Source: Cyanophora paradoxa CCMP329
Lineage: Eukaryota > Plantae > Glaucophyta
Direction of reading: 5' to 3'
Length of the DNA stretch: 64,000 bases
Assembly: GCA_004431415.1 (NCBI GenBank)
Contig: QPMI01000170.1
Coordinates: forward strand, 1-64,000
The notes beneath the pieces were generated by a model that worked only from the letters and a program-made list of their open reading frames with translations, did no database searches and was not told the DNA's origin. Of this stretch, positions 36,301 through 48,131 are shown in pieces (position 1 is the stretch's first letter; every line of letters begins with the position of its first letter). The translations under genes were made by a program, and so were the position numbers.

Positions 36301-39161
36301 CGAGCGTGCCGCGGAGCGTGTTGGCCTGCGCGTGCATGCCGAGCTCGCTGCCGCTGGGGCGCCAGGCGAAAATGAGCGGCTGGGGCCCGGGGCGGAAGGG
36401 GGCGTCGTCGGGGTCCCCCGTGTCCCAGGCGCGGCGCCAGCGGAAGCTCTGCGCCCCGGGCCCCCGCGTCGCCTCCACCAGCCGCACGTCCTGCCTCCCG
36501 TCTGCCGCCCGCCGCCCCCTCGCCCCGGTCCCCGCGCACGCCGCCGCCGCGCGGGGCGGGGCGCACCGAGGACCGGGGAGCGGAAGCCCGAGGCGCGCGC
36601 GTCGAGGACCTGCAGGCGCTCAGGGCGGGGCGCGGAGGGCGGGGCGCGGGGCGGGGCGGGGGGCGCCTGGGGGAGGCCGGAGGCGTTGTGGCGCATCCAG
36701 ATAACGTCGGCGTCCGCCATGGAGGAGCCGAGGCCCATGCCGACCCAGCCCTCGCACGCGCACGCCACCGTCACCTCGATCTCCTCCGTCGCCGGCAGCA
36801 GGCGCCAGGCCAGCGTCAGGGCCCCGTTGAGCCGCACGCTCGCCCCCGCCCCGCCCGTCCCGTTCGCCCCCGCGCCGGCGGCGAGCTCGCCGGCCCCGAA
36901 GTCGGCCTCCCGCCAGCGCGGGGGCGTCGCCATGAAGACCTGCCCGCCGTGAGCCGCCGCGGGGCGCGGCAGGGGCGGGCGTGGGGCGGGGCGGACGGAG
37001 CGGGGGAGGCGGGGGATGGCGGGGGCCCAGGCGGCGACGACGAGCTGCGTGAAGCGGCGGGCGCGCGCCTCGTCGCGCACGGGCGGCGGCAGCGCCTCGT
37101 ACCACCCCGCGTCGGCGTCCCGCGCGCACCGCAGCGCCTCCTGCCACATCGCCACCCCCAGCGGGCCCAGCAGCGCCCCCGGGGCCTCCTGCGCGGCGGC
37201 TCGGGGCGGGGGGGAGGGCCGGAGGGGGGCGGGCCCCGGCACCCGCTCGGCGAGGAGGCCCACGAGGAGGTCCGCCTCGCCCGGGGAGGGGTACACGGCC
37301 TGCCGCCCCCTCAGGGGGGGGCAGGGCGGGGGGTGTGCGGGGCGGGGCGGGCCTGGAGGGCGCGCAGGGTGGCGGCGTCGCGGGCGACCTCCTCCCAGGC
37401 GGCCGGCACCGGCAGGCGGTAGGCGGCCCGCGCCGCGCCGTAGGAGGGGAGGGCGAGGGCGCGGGCGCGGGCGAGGTCGACGGTGGGGGCGTCGGGGAGG
37501 GCCAGAGGCCGCCCCGCAGGTAGTCGGCGTAGTTGAGGTCCGCCCGCGAGGCCGCCGTCGCCGCCAGGCCCGCACCAGCGGCGCCAGGCCCTCCCCGGCC
37601 CCCTGCGCCCCCGCGCTCGCCTCCTGCCGCGCGCGACGGGCGGGGCGGGGCGCACGGGGAGGAAGCTCGCGGTGTAGAGGCCGGCCAGCGCCGGCAGCGG
37701 CCCCTCCGGCGCCTCCGCCCCGCTCCCGTCCAGCCGCGCATACACCTGCCCCGGCTCGCTGGCGGCGGTGCGGCGCAAGGCGGGGCGAGGCGGGGCGGGG
37801 CGGGCCTGGGGCAGGAGGGTCCGATGGACGAGCGCCGCCGCGCCGGCGAACTCGAGCGCCGTGCGGCCGTCCGCAGAGGCGTTGTAGCCGCGGTAGGGCG
37901 GCGCGACGCCCCCGCCTGCGCGCGGCTCGCGGGGCGGCAGCAGGGGCGGGGCGGGGCGGGGCGGGGCGGGGGGCACCGAGGAGCAGCGGGGCGAACTCGA
38001 AGACGGTGACGCGCTGGGGGCGGGGCGTGAGGGGGCGGGGCGCGGGGCGGGGCGGGGCGGGGCCGGGGCCGGGGGCGCCTGGATCATGGCGACGACGCGG
38101 ACGCGGGCCTCGCGGTAGAGCCGCTCGTCCTCCCAACCCCGTTCCCCGCCCGCAGCGCCCCCGCCACCCGGTTGTGCTCCCGCACCAGCGTCCTGCGCCC
38201 CCGGCCCCGCCCCGCTCACGCCCGCCCCCCGCGCGGGCCCCGGGCGCCGGGCGGCGGGGCGCACGCGATGAGGGCGAGCAGGGCGGGGCTGCTGTTGCCC
38301 TCGGGCGAGCCGGTGAGGCGCTGCTGCCGCGCGCGCGCCGCCGGGCCGCCCATCGACAGGCCCTCCGCGTTCAGCGGCGGGCCGTTCAGGCCGTCCTCCT
38401 TCAGCAGCCCTGCGCGGCGCGTCGGCGGGGGCGGGGCGGGGGCCCGGGCAGGGAGCACCGCCGGAGAAGGCGCGGAGGGCGGCGGCGCGCTGGGGGGTGG
38501 AGCCGTACACCGGCTCCCCGTCGATGCGCGGCGTCGCCGCGTTCAGCACCCCCGCCGCCGTCCCCGCCGCCCCCGGCACGCTCCCGTTCCGCACGCCGCA
38601 CTCTGCGCGCCGTCACGCCTGCGTGGAGCGCGGGGCGGTGCGCGGGGGCGGGGCGGGGCGCGCCGCCGGAGCCGTCGCATGCGGAGTAGAGGAAGGAGAC
38701 GGGGGCGGCGTCGTCCGCCGCGAATCCGGCCAGGTCCTGCCCCTCCTCAGCCGGCGCAGCGCCGGCAGCGCTCGGGTGGGGGCGCGGCGTACGAGTGCGA
38801 TCAGCTGCGCCCACGCCGCGACGAAGGCGCTTGCGGTCCCCGTCGCCTCGTAGGCCACGCCCGACTGCAGCACGGCGCTGGCTTGCTGCGGGGGCGCGCG
38901 CGCGGCTCAGAGGCTTCCGATGCGTGCCGGGCGCTCGCGGACCTGCAGCGGGGCCGGCTCTGGTCCGGTGGGGGAGCCGGCGACCCTCGCGACGCGCTTG
39001 AAGGTGCTCTCCCCGAGGGCCCAACGCTCGGGCGACCCTGCGCCAGTCTCGCATAACACCCCGCCGCACGTCGACGCCTGCCCACGGGCTGTCGCGAGAG
39101 CCGCCAAGAGCACAAGAAACGGCAAGCTCCACGATGGCCGCGGGATCCGGGCGCCTCCCAT
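33314..39161 (-). CDS. Multidomain membrane redox protein: signal peptide - animal-type haem-peroxidase-like - DOMON - cytochrome b561 - cytochrome b5 - FAD/NAD(P)H (FNR/cyt b5 reductase-like) reductase
   Basis: Hand-spliced. Signal LPFLVLLAALATARG; peroxidase motifs LNAATPRIDGEPVYGS, REHNR, DERLYREARVRVVAMIQ, DLLVGLLAE; DOMON GWVGMGLGSSMADADVIW..WRRAWDTGDPDD..LIFAW..GMH; b561 with four His; b5 HPGG..GQDIS..HQHS; FAD RHYSL, IRRYPNGAMSRFL, RGPLG; NAD AGTGILP, YICGPP. One apparent 1-nt indel in a C-run near 37500. Confidence 0.85.
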
Positions 39162-39753
39162 CTCAGGTCAGCGTCGGATCTCACCTCCGCGCTCGCGTGC
39201 TCATGAGGTTTGCTGACAACTTCTGCAGCTGTGCCGGGCGAACTCGCTACCACTCCGCGATGATGTGCTCGCCAAGCGGGGCGCTGCGAAGGGCGTAGCT
39301 AAACTTGCTGCCAAAGGCGCGCGTAGCTAACAATTCCTTTCGAATCCTATTCATAATACTCAGCCGCCGTGCTGAGGAGCCGGCCAGCGTGCAGGTTCGG
39401 CCGTCGGCCGAGCTGCGTAGCCGTGTAATTCATTGAGACACTATGCACATCGTAACGCCTCTGACCGCAGCGTCCCGCCCGACCGACAAGACCTACTGGT
39501 GTGGGGGTAGGCTGTTTGAAGAATCGATGCGCAGCGCTTGCGTATCGCAACACGCGCGCTTTCGTGCGGCGCACCGTGTTCATTCCTGGTCGTTCGCGGG
39601 AGGCTGGCCGTGCGGGGCGTGAGCGGGGTGAAAGGCGCAGTGCGCGGGGAGGCTCACTGTAGCGCTGTTTTCCGGCGTGGTCGGCGTAGCCGGCTCGCGC
39701 AGGGCCCTGCAGCTGTCCGTTCTACGGCCGTGAAGGGGTACTGCAATCGTGAA

Positions 39754-39842
39754 TCGTCCAAACTTTCGTCCAACTTCAAGGCTTTCGTCCAACTTTCGTC
39801 CAACTTTCGTCCAACTTTCGTCCAACTTAAGCTTCCGTCCAA
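39754..39842. repeat. 11-bp minisatellite (AACTTTCGTCC), about 7 full or degenerate copies
   Basis: tcgtccaaactttcgtccaacttcaaggctttcgtccaactttcgtccaactttcgtccaactttcgtccaacttaagcttccgtccaa. Confidence 0.9.
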
Positions 39843-40150
39843 GTACTAGTGCCAGTCGACGTCGTAATCCGATGATCAAACCTCAACTTTCGTGTGCCTA
39901 TCGGCGATGCGATTCGGAGCTACCTGGGTTGCAAGCAGTGACAGTGGCTCTGGTGGCGGCGGCGGCGAGCTCGAAGCGGTCGATCGACTCCGGATCCTCG
40001 GGGCCGGATCCTAATATTTAATCACGGCAACCCGATGCAAAGTATTCAATTACGCAAACGACCGCTAACGGGACCTAGTGCAGGATGTGGGGCTCGAGTG
40101 CACGTGGGGAGGGGCGGAGGGACGGGAAGAGAGGGGGGCCCGGGACGGGG

Positions 40151-43100
40151 TCAGGGGGCGGCGAGGACGCGCTTGAGGAAGGAGGCGAGGGAGTGCTCGG
40201 TGAGGAGGCCGTCCTTGGAGGCGGTCTCCGCGAGGCGGCAGATCCCCTCGACGTACTCCTCGTAGTCCATCTGCATGCGGACGGAGAAGCCGTGGGCGGC
40301 CTGGGCGCCGTCGTCGGTGAGGTACTGGTCGAGCTCCTCGCGGTGCGCGTAGACGAAGGCCTTGATCGCGGAGGAGTAGGAGACGCCCTTGCCGATGAGG
40401 CCCCACGCCTGCACCATCATGAGGAACTCGGTGAGGTTGATCTTCGAGTTGTTCCGGTCGTCCGCGTCCGCCGTCGCCCGGCACCACTTCTTGAAGAGGC
40501 GCCGCAGGGCCCCGTCGTGCGAGGCGAGGACGCCGCGGACGCCGGCGATGCTGCGGCCGTCGGCGATGCGCTCGCGCCAGGGGGCCTCCTTCCAGCAGCG
40601 CTCCGCGAGGGGGCGGACGAAGTCCTTCAGGAAGCGGCGCAGGCGCTCCGAGGTCTCCGAGATCGCGGCGGGGAGGTTCGAGATGCGGGGGAAGACGGCG
40701 AAGGCGAGGCGGAAGAGGGCCTCCACGAACCCCTCCAGGCTCATCGCCTCGTTCTTGCTGTCCGCGAACGTCTTCGCCGCCGCCGCGCTGAACTTCCCCG
40801 ACTTGGCGCCCATCTTCGGCCCATCCTCCATCTCCTCCTTCGGCGCCGGCTGCCCCGGCACCCGCGGCTGCGGCGGCGGCGGCGGCGCCTCGAACCGGCA
40901 GCGCGCGGGGCGGGGCGGGGGCGGGCGGGGCGGACGACGAAGGGCTGGTCGCGGTTGCAGGCGACGAAGAGGGAGAGGACGGCGCCGCGGTCGAGCTGCT
41001 GGGGGCCCGACTCCCCCGCTGCCGCCCCGCACGCCTCGGCACCCCGCTTCCCAGGCTCCCGCGGGGCGGAGCGGGGCGGGGCGGGGCGGGGCGGGGCGGG
41101 GCGGGGGCGGACCCTTGTCCTTCTCGGAGGCGAGGGCGGAGCCGACGTTGGGGCCCTTGATGATCAGGTCCATGTGCTCCACCATCTGCCCGCCCCCGCC
41201 CCAGCGTCAGCCGCCCCGCCGCCCTCTCAGAGGCGCCCCCCGCACCGAGAGGAAGCGGGGGTAGAGGAGCTGCACCGCCCGCTGCGCCGTCTGCGTCCCG
41301 AAGAGGCTGTAGTGCAGGAAGAGCAGCCGGATCTCCCCTGCCGCCGCCACCGCCCTTCAGCGCGGCGCCGCGCCAGCGGGGCGGGGTGCGGCGGGCGGGG
41401 GCGGGGACGGACGCTTGTAGGCGGCGAGGAGGGAGACGCAATGGGAGCGGTCGCCGTTGGTGAAGGGCCAACCCGCAAAGAAGCCGTTCTTGCCCATCGC
41501 CCGCCGCACCTCCTGCTGCGAGTCCACCATCCGCCCGATCTGCCGCGCCGGCACCCCCGATCCGTCAGCAAGGCCGGGGCGGGGGGGCGGGGAGGGGCGG
41601 CGCGCACGTGGAGCTTGTCCTCGCGGCGGCGGGCGACGAATTTGCGGACGGCGTTCTGGATCTTGGTCGCCGCGCTGACGATCTTGCCCCGCTGCTCGGC
41701 GTTCATCCTGCGGGGCGCGTGAGGGCGGGCGAGGGCGGGGCGCCAGAGCGAGCGGCGCACGCGGCCTGTCTCGCGAAGGCGTGCTCGATCACGTTCTTGA
41801 AGCGCTTCAGGCGGAACTTGCGCTGCGCGGCCCGTGAGCGCGCCCCTGGACGAGGCGGGGCGGGGCGGGGCGGGGCGGGACGGACGATCCAGGACTTGGC
41901 GACCTTGGCGGCGGCGGCGTTGCGGCGGATGTCCCGCGCCTCGCGCCAGCGCCGCAGCCAGCGCCGCCCGTACCGGATGATCAGCTGCCCCGCCCCGCCC
42001 CCGTCAGGCGCCCCGCGGGGGGGCGCGGGGCCGGGGCGAGGGCGGACCCAGAAGCCCATGACGCGGCGGTCGAGGAGGCCCTGCATCTGCTGGAGGCGCC
42101 AGCGGGCCTGGATCGCCTTCCACCACTTCTGGATGCGGTAGGCCGCCATGAGGAAGCTCCACGCGGCGAGGGCCTTCTCGCGGCGCCAGCGGACGGCCCA
42201 GGAGCGCCAGGTGGCCTGGATGACGAGGGCGGCGCGGCCGCCGACGTGGCGCCAGAGGGCGGCGCGGGCGAGGCGGGAGCGGTAGACGGCGGCGACCTTG
42301 ATCTGCGCGATGATCGTCCGCCGCCGCAGCTCCAGCGCCACGTCCCGGAACTGCGCCCCGCCCCCGGCTCGCGCCCCCCGCGGCGGGGCGCGGCGGGCGG
42401 GTGGCGCGGGCGTGCCTTGCGGAGGAGGAGGGCGGCGCGCCAGCGGATGTAATACTTGCGGATCTTGGCGTACTTGGCGCGGAGGGCGGGGAGGAGGCGG
42501 AACCAGTCGTGCACGAAGGCGCGGATGCGCACGCAGGCGCGCACGCGCAGCTGCGCCGCCCGCAGCGCGTTCGTGAACCGGATCGTCGCCATCCACGTCC
42601 GCACCGCTGCCCCCCGCCGTCGGCCCCGCCCCCAGCGCGGCGCGCGGCGGCCGGCGCGGCGGAAGGGGGGGCGGCGCGCACTCTCCGCGGAGCGGCACTT
42701 CCTGCGGAAGCGCCAGAGGGCGAGCTTGGCGAGGAAGGCGCGGCCCATCGCCTGCAGCACGACCGCCCCGCAGTAGCGCCGCTCAGCCCGCTGCCGCTTG
42801 CGCCGCCAGTAGAGGGCCCGCTGCTTCTCCAGCTGCTTCTCGGGGTCCTCGGGGCGCCCCGCCAGCAGCCGGCACGCCCGGCAGGCGCACACCCGCCAGT
42901 CGTGCCGCTTCTGCGCCGCCTCTCGCTCGGCTGCGGGGGGCGCGGGGGACGCAAGGGGGGCGCGTGGGGTCGCACGACGAGGCTGGAGTGCTCGCGCTCC
43001 TCGATCCAGAGCCACTCGGCGCCCGACTTGGCGAAGGCGCCGTACGTGTCCACCGGCGTCGCCGGCGTCAGCGCCGAGCTCGTCCGGTGCACCAGCGTCT

Positions 43101-44756
43101 TCGACCGCCACGGCTCCCGCCGCGCCTCCTCCGCCTCCGCATCCGCCGCCGCCCGCCGCCGCGCCGTGCGGGCGCCGGGGGCCTCGGAGGGGGCGGCCTG
43201 GCGGGCGCTCCCGAAGCCGAGGGCGTCGGGGGAAGAGGCGCGGAGGGCGGCCTCGGCGAGGAGCCGCGCGAGGCGCGCCTGCGGCGACTCCCGCTCGAGG
43301 CGCCCCGAGCGGGGCGGGCCGAGGGCGGGGAGCGGGGCGGGGCCGGCGAGGGGGAGGGGCCCGGGGGATCCGGCTCGGGGTCCGGGGGCAGGACGTCGGG
43401 CTCGGGGTCGGGGGCAGCACCTCCCCGTCGCCCTCCGGGGGGGGCGCCTCCCCGCCCTCCCCGCCCTCCCCCCGCCACTCCCCCTCCGAGAGGCGGCTCG
43501 GCGAGCGCCGCCCCGAGGCCGGCGAGCGCGCCCCGACGCCAGCGGGCTGTGCGCCCCGCTGCCCCCGCCCCGCCCTCGCCCCCGCCCGTCGGCGTGCGGG
43601 CGCCCGACGAGTGCGGGGAGCGGGGCCGGGGGAGCCCGAGACGGTGGCGGCGGTGCGGGCGTTGATCTCCTGGACGAAGCGCGACGCGAAGCCGCCGGCG
43701 CCGGCGGGGGCCTCCTCCGCGCCGGCGTCGAAGCGGGGGCCCTCGGGGGCGACCTCGAGGGAGACCTTCCGCCGTGGCCCGCCCCCGCCGCCCCGTCCGC
43801 CGAGGCCTTGCGGCTCGCCGGGCCCCGCTCGTTGGCGAGCGAGCCCTGCCGCGCCCGCTCCCGCCCCGCGAGGAGCCGCCCGGCGTGGCGGGGCCTCGGC
43901 GGCCGGCGCCTCCTCGAGGGCGAGGGCGGGGGCGAGGAGGGCGCCCCGGGGAGAGCGGGAGGGGCGACGCCGAGGCCGGGGCGGTGCGCAGGGAGGCGGC
44001 GGAGGCGGAGAAGGGGAGGCGGGAGTCGGGGGAGGGGAGGGCGGGGGGCAGCTGGGGGGCCCCGCGGGGCGAGGGGGAGTCGAGGCGGGAGGCGCGGGTG
44101 GCGGGGCGGGAGAGGACGGGGAGGCCGCTGGCGCTCGAGGAGAGGGCGCTCTTGGGGGGCAGGCCGAGCTCCGCCCACCGCGCCGCCAGCGCCGCCACCC
44201 CGGGTCCCCTGGTCCTGGCCCCCCGAGAAGGGCGTCGTCTCCTCCGTCGCCCCGCGCGCCGAGACCCGCGGCAGGCCCGCCTGCCGCCGGCCCCGCCCGC
44301 CAGCGGCGTCCACGCCAGCAGGATGCGCCCCTGCGTCGTCGGCCCCTCCCCGCCCCGCGGCGACAGCGGCGGCGTCGCCTCCCCGCGCCGCGGCGAGCGC
44401 CGCGGGGAGCCGCGGCGGGGCGATCCCTGGCGCGGGGAGGCGCCCCGGGGAAGGCGCTTGAGCGACTCGGCGGAGCGGACGAGGCCAACGCTGCCGCTGG
44501 CCTTGAGGCGCCACGCGCGCTTCTCCACGACGGCCGTCGGCGCGCCGACTGCGGGGCCCTGTGGGACCTTCGGAAGCATCTCAGACTGCACGCGCCGCAG
44601 CTCCTTGCCCGTCGGCTCCTCCTTCGGGTCAAGCGCGGTCATCATCTCCTGCCAGAGGCTCATCTTCATCGCCTGCCTGTGGCTCCATTTGAGGGAGGGC
44701 TCGTTTGAAGTCACGCTGAGGGTCATTGAGGCTGGCTTCCCGGCCAGGAGCGGCAT
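40151..44756 (-). CDS. IQ-motif-repeat (calmodulin-binding) protein with C-terminal EF-hand-like helical domain
   Basis: IQ-like motifs AVVLQAMGRAFLAK, ALVIQATWRSWAVR, AYRIQKWWKAIQAR, ATKIQNAVRKFVARR. C-terminal MSLEGFVEALFRLA, KINLTEFLMMV, MDYEEYVEGICRLA. Splicing of the N-terminal low-complexity region is uncertain. Confidence 0.7.
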
Positions 44757-45071
44757 CGCTGCCCCGGCGGCTGGCCTCCGACTCTGCGAGCCCGTTTTGG
44801 TCGCAAGCCGCCCGGCGCTAGCCGATCCCCCAGGCGGCTGTAGAGGCCGTCAGGAGCTAGCCTACACTGCTGGCCCTGCGGGGTTCGGCCCGGCTATCTA
44901 CGTCGACACCTTCGCAGACTACGCGCGGGCATGGCCGAGAGCTGATAGCTCACTCTGCCCACTCCGAGTGTCCTCGCTGAGTGTTCTGACGCGGTTCTCA
45001 CGCGGCTTGACTGCGCTTCTCCCTAGACGGGTAGAGTCTCTCTCAAGGGGGGTAGACGCCCATTGAAAGTC

Positions 45072-47200
45072 ATGGACGAGGAGCTCGAGCTAGACACGGT
45101 GGCGGCGCCGGTGAATGATGTAGACCGCCTCGCGATCGGAGACATGGATCGGCTGGACAGGATTGGCTCAGGAACCGGCCTGTCTCCGGCGCCTCCGTTC
45201 ACGTACAACAATTATGGCGGACTCGAACGCACGGGGAGTACGTCAAGAAGATGCGGAGACGACGAGCGGCTCCTGAGTTCCGCGTACTCGTTGTCGTCCG
45301 TTCCGGCGCCGAACGCTCCGCCCTCGCCTGTGTCGGAGCTAGAGGGCGCCGTCGCCGGCGCTCTCAAGCTCGAGGTCGCGTCCCCGCGGAAGGTCGTCGG
45401 CCGACAGTCCAGCGCCAGCAGCCAGCGGTCCATCAAGCCCGAATTCCTGCGACCGCCGCCTTCTAAGCCGGCCCCCGCCGATCCGGGGCACGCATCGCCG
45501 TGCCCTTACGGGCGAGTCGGGCTCACGCTCCACCGGAAGAGCCACATGGGCCCGCAGGTGGGAGCGAGCTCTCGGCGCGCCCCGCGCGCCCTCACGCGCG
45601 ACCGGGCTTGCAGAGCTTCCCGTGTGGGGAGATCCGGCGGCCGGCGCCGAAGGACTACGTGAGGCTGGAGTGGGAGCAGCCGCCCTCGAACGTGCTCCTC
45701 ATCTGCAAGATCAACGACCCCGAGATCCTCACCGTCGTCGCCGAGATGGGCAGCTGGCTGCAGGAGCAGGGCGTCTCGACGGTGATGGAGCCGGCGGTGT
45801 ACGCGCAGCTCCCCGACAATGCCCGCATTATCCCCTACGACAACGGCCCGCCCGCGCCCCGCGCCCGCCTGCGCGCCGCGCCGGCGCCCGCTGCGAGGCT
45901 CACGCGCAGGTGGCGGGGCGCAGACAAGCAGAAGCTGCGGTGCATCGACCTGATCATCTGCGTGGGGGGCGACGGGACGCTGCTGCACGCGAACTCGCTG
46001 TTCGGGAACGGGCCGATGCCGCCCGTGCTGGCGTTCCACATGGGGAGCCTCGGCTTCCTCATGAACTTCGACGTCCACGACTTCGCGTCCACCATCAGCG
46101 CCGCCCTCCGCGGTGCCCCGCCCCGCCCCCGGCCCCGGCCCCCGGCCCCCGCCCGACCCCCCCGCAGGCGACTTCTTCGTCGCGCTGCGCATGCGGCTGG
46201 CGTGCCGCATCGAGCGGGCGGAGGAGGCTGGCGCGGAGGGGGAGGAGGGGGACTGGCAGGACGGCCCGCAGGTGTTCACGGTGATGAACGAGATGGTGGT
46301 GGACCGCGGCACCTCCCCCTTCGTCTCCGCCCTCGACGTCATCTGCGACGGCCTCCACGTCACCACCGTCCAGGCCGACGGGTCCCCCCCGCCCTCCCCG
46401 CCCCCCCGGCCCCCGCCCCGCCGACCCGCCCCTGACCGCCCGCCCAGCGTCATCGTCGCGACGCCGACGGGCTCGACCGCCTACTCCCTCTCTGCCGGCG
46501 GCTCCATGGTCCACCCCGCCGTCCCCGGCATCCTCTTCACCCCCATCTGCCCCCACATCCTCGCGAGCCGCCCCATTCTCTTCCCTGATTACATTGAGAT
46601 GTGCGCCTGCCCCGCCCCGCGCCGGGCCGGGCCGGGGGAGCCGGGGCGAGGCGGGGGCAGCCGGATCCAGGTGCCGCGGGACTCGCGGGCGTCGGCGTGG
46701 GCCTCCTTCGACGGCCGCGAGCGCCACGAGCTCCGCCCCGCCGACGCCGTCCTCGTCCGCGCCTCCGCCTACCCCCCCCCCCGTGCCCCCCCCCCCCCCC
46801 CAACTCCCCCCGCGCCCTCGCTCGCAGACGCAAGAGCCCCGCTGACGCCGACCCCGCAGCGTTCTGCAAGCAGGACGAGACGACGGACTGGTTCGAGTCG
46901 CTCGCCGGCTGCCTCCACTGGAACCTCCGCAAGCGCCAGAACCCCCTCAAGAAGGGGCCCGCGCCCCCCGCCACCCCCGCCGGGGCGCCCCACATCGCAC
47001 CCGCTTCCTCCGCCACCTCCCTCCCGCGCCGCGTCCCGCCTCGGACCCCCTCGGACTCCTCGGCGGCCTCGTCGCCCAACGGCCACGGGGGCCCGCCGCC
47101 CCTCGCCGGCGCCATGCCCCCGAACCCCAACGGCCCCGCCCCCCACGCCCACCGCTCCCTGCGGCCCCACCTCGACCCCCACGACTCGCCCCCCCACTAG
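45072..47200 (+). CDS. NADK: ATP-NAD kinase
   Basis: [87 protein letters not shown]. Confidence 0.95.
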
Positions 47201-47278
47201 CCTGCATCCGCGAGATTCCCTCTGTACAAACGCGATCCCCTAGTCTGCCAAGCTACCTTGCTGCCGCGGGGCGCGGGG

Positions 47279-47929
47279 CTAGACCATGCCGAGGCGCCGG
47301 GCCTTGGCGACCTGCCGGTGGAAGCGCGCCACGTCCGTCGGGTGCAGGAACTGGTCCTTCGCCAGCGGCTGCCCGTCGCGCCCCGTCTGCGCGCTGCCCC
47401 GCACCAGCTTCCCGTCCCGTATCACGAACGTCGCCGATCCGTCGCTCGTCGCCTCGTCCGCCGCCCCCTCCTCCTCCGCCGTCTTGTAGGCGTCCGCCCT
47501 CCGCACCTTGGGAGTCACCATGCGCAGGAAGCGGAGCTTCGACTCGCCCTCGGCGACGAGCTCCTGAAGCGCGCGACGTGTGAGCGAGCGGTCCACAGGC
47601 GCCGACGCGCGGCGGAGCGTGAGCGCGCGGCCCAGGCAATCTATGCGTCTTGGCGAAGGCGGCGCAGAACGAAGATCTAGCCGTCTCTGCGAGGCGCTGC
47701 GCACCCGCAGCTTCGCCGCGTCCGTTTCGCCGGCGTTCTTTCTGAACTCGCTGCGGATCGTCTTCTTCGCCATCTCTGGCATCGAGTACATCCTGCGGCG
47801 CACGATGCGCGTGAGCGCCTGCGCGCTAAGGCGAGCTACAGCGCGCTACCCAGCGTTTTCGCACCGCCCGTGATACAGAAGATTCTTGTACAGCGAAAGT
47901 ATCCGCGCGCGCGTCGGTGGTGCCGCCAT
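47279..47929 (-). CDS. LYR-motif (Complex1_LYR) mitochondrial protein
   Basis: MAAPPTRARILSLYKNLLYH..AKKTIRSEFRKNAGETD..ELVAEGESKLRFL; two introns. Confidence 0.8.
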
Positions 47930-48131
47930 TCTTCGTTTGTTCGCCGAAGGGTGGGGGGGTATACCCGGACGGCAGTGATAGAGCTTGCTGCAGCCTGCAG
48001 CGTACATCGCGCATGCGTGCGACGGCGTAGCGTCGCCGCTGGCGAATGAGATAAGCTAGGGCGATTCGGCCTCCCGGGAACATCGTCTCCAGGCTCGAAC
48101 ACGCGCTGCGGAGCCTCAGCTACCTCCGACA

